A DNA stretch of 64,000 nucleotides, taken from a virus (lineage: Duplodnaviria; Caudoviricetes). Each line of letters starts with the position of its first letter. Position 1 is the first letter of the stretch. The notes beneath the pieces were generated by a model, which did not search any database, was not told the origin of the DNA, and saw only the letters and a program-made list of their open reading frames with translations. A program made the translations under genes and the position numbers. This document shows, piece after piece, positions 57,737 through 64,000 of this stretch. The stretch lies in IMG/VR virus record IMGVR_UViG_3300033076_001354, positions 93,624 to 157,623 of that record; one strand, 5' to 3'.

Positions 57737-57750
57737 TAGAAAAAAAGTTG

Positions 57751-57779
57751 TTGACATTTTTTTTCGTTTGGTTTACTAT
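57751..57779 (+). promoter_or_regulatory. Sigma70 promoter
   Basis: TTGACA-17-TACTAT. Confidence 0.75.
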
Positions 57780-57820
57780 TTGAAAGTTGGGGTAAGACCC
57801 CGTTTAACATGGAGTATATT

Positions 57821-58072
57821 ATGACTAGCACTGAACAAGTTCTTGACGCATTGTACAACGGTGAAGAGCTCACCGCGAAGCAGATCAAGTCGCGCTACGG
57901 CGTTGCCAACCCGACTGCTCTGATCACACACCTCCGCAAGGAAGGCCACGCGATCTACTTGAACAATCGCAAGAATGCAACCGGCACGATCGCCAAGTAT
58001 CGAGTCGGCAAGCCTACCCGTCGCGTAGTTGCAGCGGGTTACGCCGCTCTCGGCGCTCAAGCTTTTGCTTGA
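57821..58072 (+). CDS. Small winged-helix DNA-binding protein
   Basis: 'LTAKQI..RYGVANP.A.I..LRK.G.AIY.N'; GGAG SD. Confidence 0.75.
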   Translation: MTSTEQVLDALYNGEELTAKQIKSRYGVANPTALITHLRKEGHAIYLNNRKNATGTIAKYRVGKPTRRVVAAGYAALGAQAFA

Positions 58073-58093
58073 TATATAGTTAGTCCAAACATC

Positions 58094-58116
58094 GAGGGGG
58101 CTTCGGCCCCCTCTTT
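58094..58116 (+). terminator. Intrinsic terminator-like hairpin (UUCG loop)
   Basis: GAGGGGGC-TTCG-GCCCCCTC-TTT. Confidence 0.8.
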
Positions 58117-58121
58117 AGTAT

Positions 58122-58198
58122 GCGGGGTTCGTCTAGCGGTTTAGGATAACGCCCTTTCACGGCGCAGATCACGGGTTCGAATCCCGTACCCCGTACCA
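58122..58198 (+). tRNA. tRNA-Glu(TTC)
   Basis: Cloverleaf; anticodon loop CTTTCAC; TTCGAAT T-loop; CCA end. Confidence 0.9.
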
Positions 58199-58199
58199 T

Positions 58200-58274
58200 T
58201 TCGGAGTAGCACAGCGGTAGTGCATTCGACTGTTAATCGAAGGGTCGCTGGTTCGAATCCAGCCTCCGGAGCCA
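58200..58274 (+). tRNA. tRNA-Asn(GTT)
   Basis: TTCGA-CTGTTAA-TCGAA anticodon arm; acceptor TTCGGAG/CTCCGGA; GCCA end. Confidence 0.92.
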
Positions 58275-58290
58275 GTTTCAAGGAATCAAT

Positions 58291-58533
58291 ATGTTTGAGT
58301 GGTTAGTCGCTTTCTTTGGTATGTTCTCGGTCGACATCTTACACGCGATCTACATCAAGAGCGTGCAGAACGACAAGCCACTGGTCGCATCGGGATACGC
58401 CGCGGTCATCTACGTATTAGCGAGCTGGGTGACTATAAGCTACGTAGGCGATGTATGGATATTGATTCCGGCTACGTTGGGTGCTTTTGCCGGAACATAC
58501 GGCGGCGTCTTAATAAATAAAAAACTTAAGTGA
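58291..58533 (+). CDS. Small multi-TM membrane protein
   Basis: AAGGA SD; three hydrophobic segments, 'LGAFAGTY'. Confidence 0.7.
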   Translation: MFEWLVAFFGMFSVDILHAIYIKSVQNDKPLVASGYAAVIYVLASWVTISYVGDVWILIPATLGAFAGTYGGVLINKKLK

Positions 58534-58540
58534 GTAAGAT

Positions 58541-58630
58541 ATGACAGACATGACAAAAGCTATCATAGTGTCATTCGCAATGTATATTGCAGTCTGCGTG
58601 TATTGTATCGTGTTTTTTAATGTTAACTAA
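58541..58630 (+). CDS. Putative 29-aa single-TM peptide
   Basis: MTDMTKAIIVSFAMYIAVCVYCIVFFNVN; weak SD. Confidence 0.35.
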   Translation: MTDMTKAIIVSFAMYIAVCVYCIVFFNVN

Positions 58631-58704
58631 GTCGGTGTAGTGTAACGGTAGCACAACGGCCTCCAACTCCGTTAGTCAGGGTTCAAATCCTTGCACCTTC
58701 GCCA
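58631..58704 (+). tRNA. tRNA-Trp(CCA) with stem mismatches
   Basis: D, T and CCA elements present; anticodon loop CTCCAAC; mismatches at acceptor pairs 2 and 3 and at the last anticodon-stem pair. Confidence 0.75.
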
Positions 58705-58713
58705 GTTTTTAGA

Positions 58714-58867
58714 ATTTGGTAGGCAGTGTAGATGCACGGCTTGAACGCCTAGCCTCCTATAGTTTGGAGTGACGCGCAACAGTCAAGCGAGGTCGGGGAG
58801 GTAAGAAGCCTCATAACCTTGGCAACCCGTGCACTGAAAAGGATAGCGCTGTCCGTACCTATCAAAT
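58714..58867 (+). ncRNA. Putative structured ncRNA D (~154 nt)
   Basis: Closing helix ATTTGGTAGG/CCTATCAAAT; TGCACGG/CCGTGCA; GCTTGA/TCAAGC; CTCC/GGAG; GAGG/CCTC; GGATAG/CTGTCC; followed by a terminator. Confidence 0.65.
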
Positions 58868-58898
58868 GAAGAGGGAGGGTTTGCGCCCTCCCTCTTTT
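58868..58898. terminator. Intrinsic terminator between the RNA cluster and the convergent autotransporter gene
   Basis: AAGAGGGAGGG-TTTGCG-CCCTCCCTCTT-TT. Confidence 0.85.
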
Positions 58899-58902
58899 GT
58901 TA

Positions 58903-60858
58903 TCAGAACTTCACTACTAGTCCAGCCATGATGCTGGCGTTGTCGTAGTTCGACCCACTGTCGTAGCCGGCAGAAACGTTGATCGAAACTTTATCGGTCA
59001 ACTTCTTCTTTGCCACCAGCTTAACACCGGTCACCGCACCGTACTGTTCTGTCTGAGTGACCCTGCCTTCGAGGGCAACGTTCTCAGTGATCTCATAGCG
59101 GGTGCCGACGTAGGGCATGGCGTAAGTCTTGTTGCTCGCGACGATTCCATTCGAGAGAAGCGAAGATCCGCCTTCCCTTATAGAACCGATGTCGCTGTTG
59201 ACAATCATCACGCCTGCGAATGGCCTCCAGTTCGTGTAGGTCTTCGCCGAATAAACTGCAATGTCACCATAGACCATGCGCTGCTCAGAGTTCTGCTGAT
59301 AGCTCAAGTCAAAGTCATCGATGTTGCTCTTCGACGTGATGTCGGAGATGTGTACGCCGAAAGCTCCCTTGATCCAAAGCTTCTCAGTCCTGTTAAAGAC
59401 GTAGGCCGACGCGGAGTACGAGTCGCCGATGAGCGTTGAATAAGCGAGGTTGTTTCCGACGATCTGTCCGGCTCTACCTGCAACACCGGCAGTTACGTTG
59501 CCGACCGTCTTTTGGTATCCAAAATTCAATCCGCTCGAACCAATCGTGCTGTTGAACGATCCATTCGCGGTTGCCCATGGTCCGTCAGGCGTATTGAATA
59601 CGTCGACGATGAATGGATTCACAACGTTGTAGTCATACGAGCGCTGTGTTCCACCAACGTTTACACTGCGCGATTCATCGGCGTTCGAGCTGACTACGTT
59701 AGTTCCAGCAATAGTGGTCACCACGTCTTGGTTGAAGTTCGTGGTTGTCGTCACCGGCGTTCCATTAGATGAAGTCGTCGACCCGTCGCTGTAGGTAGTG
59801 ATCGTTGTCGGTGTAGTCACGGTAGTAGTGGTATAAGGCGTAGTGGCCGTCACAGTCTGAGTGTATGGAGTGCTCGTGGTAGTAGTTGTCGTACGAGTCA
59901 CCGTGACCGTGCCGCCCTCCCTAGTCGAAGCGTCGCTGTGGGTTTGAGTCACAACTGGCGTTCCATAGGTGTAGGAAGTTGTGGTCGTGGTTTGACCCGC
60001 TGCAGCGGTGCTGCTGGTCGTAGTGCTTGGACCAGCCGCGGTGCTGACGACCGTAGGTGTTCCGCCTCCGCTCGGTGCAACGCCACCGTTGTTGACCGTC
60101 GCGAGGATGGTCGTTGAAGTGAGGGTAGATGAGTAGCCGCCCGCAGCACCAGTAGTAGTACCACCGGTCGCGCTGTATCCGCCGCCGCTCATGTTTGCAG
60201 TGACGCCGGTGGCGTTGGTGACGCAGGCCGCCGATCCACTAACGGTGCCACAAACGCCCGAGTAGTTGGTGCTTGAAGACCAACCCTGTGCTTGAACACC
60301 GTTCGGTGCAACGCCGAACTCAGGGTTGTAGAGGATGTTTGTAGTTCCACTGTTGAACGTCAACGTAGGCATCTGCCACTGTGGACCATAGTTACCTGCC
60401 CACCAAGAAGCGTCGGTGCCTATCATCGTCACTTTGACGTACGCCGTCTGAGCAGCGTCTGCAGCGGATAAAGTGTACGAGAGTGAGATCGTATTCCACG
60501 GCGCTGGGTTGTCGCCGGGACCGGTAGACCAAGAGTTAGCCTGAAGAAGATTCTGGCTGTAGCTCGTTTGAGTGGATGTAACGAGAGTTCCCGATGAATT
60601 GTAGAACTCAAGCTTCAAGTTACCGGTGTCGTGCTGCAGGTTTCTACCGCCGCCGGCGTGGGCGTTGACGGAGAAGTCGAAGGTTCCACCCGCCTGCATT
60701 GCTTGGTCAAACACGATGTTCTGGCTAATCGTTGAATTAGCCTGATAGCTCATGTTGACTGTGTTGTAGTTGGAACCTGAATTGAACTGCGCGTAAGCTG
60801 TAGGCGCAAAAAGCATCGACGCGGCCAGAACGGCCAGCGCGTAAAATTTCTTAAACAT
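58903..60858 (-). CDS. Autotransporter-like outer-membrane protein (signal peptide, carbohydrate-binding-like domain, Thr-rich stalk, beta-barrel)
   Basis: MFKKFYALAVLAASMLFAPTAYA signal; 'GTDASWWAGNYGP'; T-rich linker; amphipathic beta strands ending in terminal Phe (AGLVVKF). Confidence 0.75.
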   Translation of the reverse strand: MFKKFYALAVLAASMLFAPTAYAQFNSGSNYNTVNMSYQANSTISQNIVFDQAMQAGGTFDFSVNAHAGGGRNLQHDTGNLKLEFYNSSGTLVTSTQTSYSQNLLQANSWSTGPGDNPAPWNTISLSYTLSAADAAQTAYVKVTMIGTDASWWAGNYGPQWQMPTLTFNSGTTNILYNPEFGVAPNGVQAQGWSSSTNYSGVCGTVSGSAACVTNATGVTANMSGGGYSATGGTTTGAAGGYSSTLTSTTILATVNNGGVAPSGGGTPTVVSTAAGPSTTTSSTAAAGQTTTTTSYTYGTPVVTQTHSDASTREGGTVTVTRTTTTTTSTPYTQTVTATTPYTTTTVTTPTTITTYSDGSTTSSNGTPVTTTTNFNQDVVTTIAGTNVVSSNADESRSVNVGGTQRSYDYNVVNPFIVDVFNTPDGPWATANGSFNSTIGSSGLNFGYQKTVGNVTAGVAGRAGQIVGNNLAYSTLIGDSYSASAYVFNRTEKLWIKGAFGVHISDITSKSNIDDFDLSYQQNSEQRMVYGDIAVYSAKTYTNWRPFAGVMIVNSDIGSIREGGSSLLSNGIVASNKTYAMPYVGTRYEITENVALEGRVTQTEQYGAVTGVKLVAKKKLTDKVSINVSAGYDSGSNYDNASIMAGLVVKF

Positions 60859-60943
60859 GTCTATTTCCTCATTGGTTGGATGACGAATCACTCAATCAAT
60901 GCAGCAAGGCATGAAAAAGATGTTGTAAATAATAGTATCATTG

Positions 60944-60951
60944 TATTTATA
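60944..60951 (-). promoter_or_regulatory. T4-type late promoter, minus strand
   Basis: TATTTATA on + strand = TATAAATA on - strand, upstream of the autotransporter gene. Confidence 0.65.
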
Positions 60952-60958
60952 AAGTGAA

Positions 60959-62008
60959 ATGAACGATACGTTCTGCATCATGCCTTGGAACTCGATGGCG
61001 GTGACCCCAGATGGGAGAGTCACCCCCTGCTGCGTGATCAACAACACTTCTAAGTTTTTATCAAAAAACATTGATGATGGAGTTAGATCTTCAAAGCTTT
61101 GGGCAGACATGCGTCGGTCTATGCTCAATGGCGAGAAGCTTGAAGACTGCAGGTCGTGCCACTTAAAAGAGTCGCTCGGCGCGATGAGCCAGAGACTCAT
61201 CCACACCAAAGAAACCAATCGCCCGACTACTACAGACCCACTTCCGCTCGAAAGGATCGAGATTGCCTTCAGCAACCTATGTAACCTAGCATGTGTCGGA
61301 TGTGACGAGGAGACGTCGTCTACTTTCGCCGTGAAGAATGGATCGTTCGCTCCATACGTAACACACGGTCAAACTTTCGAAGGAGTCGACCTATCATTCG
61401 TGAAGTACTTGAAGGTGTTGGGCGGCGAGCCCCTGATGGAGGAGCTGAAGCTTATAAGTCTTCTCAATCGCATGAACTTGAATGATCTTGAGATTGAGAT
61501 CATTACCAACGGCACGCGCTTTCCAAGCAAAGACTTGTTAGATCTATTGGAAAAATGTCGATGGGTAAATGTACACGTCAGTATGGACGGTGTTTCAGAA
61601 GTCAATGAGTGGTGTCGCTGGCCGGTCAATCACGGCTCGGTAGTCAGCAACATGAGAAGATACGAAGCATGGGGTAAAGCTGATTTAAAGATCGCCAGCC
61701 TTGTGAATGTATACAACGTATGGACGCTTGAACAGTTCAACGAAATGATTGTCGATGGGTTCAAGCGATGGAAGGTGTTGTACAACTGGGTCAAGAGCCC
61801 AGCATGGCAGTGTGTCAACGTCATCCCATCGGATAAGAGGCCGACTTTCAAAGGCGACTACCATGTATACAGGGTAACAGAAAGCATGATGGCGTCGAAG
61901 CCTAAAGCGAGCGTCTACACTTTCATGCAGAACACAGATTTTTTAGTGAAGCAACGGGGCATTGACATCTATAAGATCGTGCCTCAGCTTAGATCATTGG
62001 AGATTTGA
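60959..62008 (+). CDS. Radical SAM protein with N-terminal SPASM/twitch-like domain
   Basis: 'C..PW...PDG...PCC...C..C' then CNLACVGC, GGEP, TNG, SMDG. Confidence 0.88.
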   Translation: MNDTFCIMPWNSMAVTPDGRVTPCCVINNTSKFLSKNIDDGVRSSKLWADMRRSMLNGEKLEDCRSCHLKESLGAMSQRLIHTKETNRPTTTDPLPLERIEIAFSNLCNLACVGCDEETSSTFAVKNGSFAPYVTHGQTFEGVDLSFVKYLKVLGGEPLMEELKLISLLNRMNLNDLEIEIITNGTRFPSKDLLDLLEKCRWVNVHVSMDGVSEVNEWCRWPVNHGSVVSNMRRYEAWGKADLKIASLVNVYNVWTLEQFNEMIVDGFKRWKVLYNWVKSPAWQCVNVIPSDKRPTFKGDYHVYRVTESMMASKPKASVYTFMQNTDFLVKQRGIDIYKIVPQLRSLEI

Positions 62009-62009
62009 T

Positions 62010-62417
62010 ATGAAGATTGGATTCACCTGCTCAACTTTCGATCTACTGCACTCGGGCCACATCCTCATGTTAAAGGAGTGTGCACTGAACTGTGACTACC
62101 TCATCGTAGGTCTGCAGTCCGACCCGACGCTTGATAGACCTGACTCAAAGAACAAGCCTGCACAGGGAATGTATGAGCGCTGGACGCAGCTTAAGGGCTG
62201 CAGGTACGTAGACGAGATCATTCCCTATTCGACCGAAGAAGACTTGATGAACCTGCTTGCGAGCCAGAAGATCGACATCAGGTTCGTCGGCGAAGACTAC
62301 ATGGATAAGGACTTCACGGGAAAGCAGTGGTGCATTGACAATAATGTCACACTATTCTACAATAGTCGAAAACACAACTACTCCACAACAAATTTACGTA
62401 AAAAGATGGCACTATAG
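62010..62417 (+). CDS. Cytidylyltransferase (TagD-like)
   Basis: 'FDLLHSGH' HxGH motif, 'LIVGL', 'YVDEI', 'YSTT'. Confidence 0.88.
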   Translation: MKIGFTCSTFDLLHSGHILMLKECALNCDYLIVGLQSDPTLDRPDSKNKPAQGMYERWTQLKGCRYVDEIIPYSTEEDLMNLLASQKIDIRFVGEDYMDKDFTGKQWCIDNNVTLFYNSRKHNYSTTNLRKKMAL

Positions 62418-62422
62418 CCATT

Positions 62423-62456
62423 TTGTCATCCTACTGTAATATAAGCGAAATATATA
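62423..62456 (+). promoter_or_regulatory. Pho box promoter for pstS
   Basis: TTGTCAT-CCTA-CTGTAAT (11-bp period), 10 nt, then TATATA -10. Confidence 0.75.
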
Positions 62457-62498
62457 CGGTTGCAGTCAATAGGGACTGCCATTCATGAGGAAATAATA

Positions 62499-63422
62499 AT
62501 GATTAAGAAATTATTCGCCGTAGCCGCTGCTATGGTGCTTTCAACGCAGGTATATGCAGGTGAAGCCACCGGAGCAGGCGCGACGTTCCCACAACCTATC
62601 TACTCAAAGTGGGCTGATTCGTTTAAGAAAGAAACAAACAATACAATCAATTATCAAGGGATCGGTTCAGGTGCTGGCATTAAGCAGATCGATTCTAAGA
62701 TCGTAACCTTCGGCGCGACCGACATTCCGGTGAAGCCCGAGGATCTTGAGAAGAAGGGCCAAGTTCAGTTTCCGATGATCGTGGGCGGTATTGTCCCAAT
62801 CATCAACCTCAAAGACGTTGAACACCTCACTCTCACCACCGACATCCTCGCAAAGATCTATATGGAAAAGATCAAGCGCTGGAACGACAAGGAGATCGCC
62901 GATCTCAATCCCGGTGTAAAGCTCCCTGATCTTCCGATCATCAAGATTCGTCGCGCCGACGGATCTGGGACGACTTGGAACTTCACCAAGTTCCTCTCTG
63001 AAGCGAACGCAGATTGGAAGAAGAACTTTGGTACTGGCCAGACCATTGAGTGGGTCGGCGGTGCGATCGGTGCGAAGGGCAACGACGGCGTAGCGAACAA
63101 CGTATATCAGACGAACGGCTCGATTGGCTACGTTGAATACGCGTTCGCAAAGCAGAACGGCCTCACAGTCGCCGATATGATCGGTACCGATGGAAAGAAA
63201 GTTTCACCGGGACTCAAAGCTTTCCAAACGACTTGGCCGATGGTTGCAACCTCGTACATCGTCATGTTCAAAGAGTCTGACAACGCCGACGCCGTGAAAG
63301 TAGCCGTGAAGTTCTTTGAATACGGTCTAGCCCACGACAAAGAAGCCGAGGCTCTGGACTACATCCCCCTGAATGCTGCCCAAAAGGCAGAAGTCAAGAA
63401 GGTTCTCTCACAGATTAAGTGA
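62499..63422 (+). CDS. pstS: Phosphate ABC transporter substrate-binding protein PstS
   Basis: Signal peptide; GAGATFP, GSGAG, FGATD, RADGSGTT, GNDGVA, IGYVE. Confidence 0.95.
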   Translation: MIKKLFAVAAAMVLSTQVYAGEATGAGATFPQPIYSKWADSFKKETNNTINYQGIGSGAGIKQIDSKIVTFGATDIPVKPEDLEKKGQVQFPMIVGGIVPIINLKDVEHLTLTTDILAKIYMEKIKRWNDKEIADLNPGVKLPDLPIIKIRRADGSGTTWNFTKFLSEANADWKKNFGTGQTIEWVGGAIGAKGNDGVANNVYQTNGSIGYVEYAFAKQNGLTVADMIGTDGKKVSPGLKAFQTTWPMVATSYIVMFKESDNADAVKVAVKFFEYGLAHDKEAEALDYIPLNAAQKAEVKKVLSQIK

Positions 63423-63447
63423 GACCCCTCCCTATAAATGCCAGAAA

Positions 63448-63528
63448 AACCGTTATTTTTCAATGGGTTAGCCCTTGGAAAATAACGGTTGACATTTCTC
63501 CGAAATTGTTATAAGATCTAGATAATGG
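63448..63528 (+). promoter_or_regulatory. Early promoter cassette, copy 5
   Basis: 12-bp inverted repeat AACCGTTATTTT/AAAATAACGGTT flanking TTTCAATGGGTTA; TTGACA(63489)-17-TAAGAT-CTAGATAATGG. Confidence 0.8.
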
Positions 63529-63551
63529 CAAATCAAACGGAGACCTATATT

Positions 63552-63875
63552 ATGAGAACTTCAAGCTATCGATGCACCGTTCAAAGCCTTGATGACAAAG
63601 TGATCGAGATGTATCGCACCCAAGCCAAGATCGGGAACATGTTCGGTCGCGCTTACGACGCCTCGCTTCTCGCTTCTGGTTCAAAGACTCCACGTTATAC
63701 CAAGCGTCTACGTGTTCGCGTTCGTGGTCGTCTTGGTAAGAACAGCCCGTACGCCCACCTCTACAAAAAAGGCGGACCGCATTATCAATGGACTTCACAG
63801 GACATTCGTCCCGAGCACGCTTCGCGCTTCGACGTCTACGTCCACGAAGTCTCAGTGCCATTCACGGGGCGGTGA
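63552..63875 (+). CDS. Basic early protein sharing a domain with the prohead core protein
   Basis: GGAG SD; 'RVRGR...HLYKKGG....TSQD.(R/K)PEH..R.DVY' also present near 15642-15761. Confidence 0.75.
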   Translation: MRTSSYRCTVQSLDDKVIEMYRTQAKIGNMFGRAYDASLLASGSKTPRYTKRLRVRVRGRLGKNSPYAHLYKKGGPHYQWTSQDIRPEHASRFDVYVHEVSVPFTGR

Positions 63876-63876
63876 C

Positions 63877-64000
63877 ATGAACGAGCTTCTGACTATTGCT
63901 GAGCGACTCGAGCGTATCGTGAGTCTCAAGGGAACCCTCGGCTACGACTCAGCCGACGTCGTCGAGCTGGTCTCTGAATACGCGAAGATGCTTCGTGAGC
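63877..64000 (+). CDS. Hypothetical early protein (3'-truncated)
   Basis: ATG right after the previous stop; open to the window end. Confidence 0.5.
   Translation, partial: MNELLTIAERLERIVSLKGTLGYDSADVVELVSEYAKMLRE

Noticed and set aside
1-64000. Stop-codon reassignment
   Set aside because: Core genes are full length in the standard code; TAA, TGA and TAG all terminate genes; no suppressor tRNA seen.

Overview
The window is a contiguous 64-kb piece of a T4-like (Tevenvirinae-related) myovirus genome, almost entirely on the + strand. 1-6.2 kb holds tail-fibre/adhesin genes, a GH19 endolysin and a PAAR protein. 6.2-20.7 kb holds the virion block gp13-gp23, driven by TATAAATA late promoters. 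22.5-28.3 kb holds gp3, uvsY, uvsW, gp55, gp47 and gp46. 29.9-35.6 kb is a DNA-modification cluster (T4 gp42-like dCMP hydroxymethylase, dCMP deaminase, UDG-fold protein, alpha-glucosyltransferase, C5-methyltransferase-like protein). gp45, gp44, gp62, regA, gp43, uvsX and gp41 follow, interspersed with accessory genes (two amidinotransferases, two radical SAM enzymes, QueC-like protein, hsp20, DUF1127, pstS, TagD-like protein, an autotransporter). Four tRNAs are present. Several markers suggest an alphaproteobacterial host (inference). The most novel-looking elements are: (i) a boxA-led, roughly 550-nt run of three highly structured non-coding RNA domains plus a fourth, similar RNA in the tRNA cluster; (ii) a modular prohead-core protein punctuated by gp21-type cleavage sites, one module of which also exists as a free-standing early gene 48 kb away; (iii) a C5-MTase-like enzyme with degenerate SAM-binding motifs inside a glucosyl-hmC cluster; (iv) a late-promoter-driven autotransporter; (v) a ROSE-like thermometer on phage hsp20; and (vi) repeated early-promoter cassettes carrying IHF-like sites. 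All family assignments come from motif recognition by eye; no database searches or folding programs were run.
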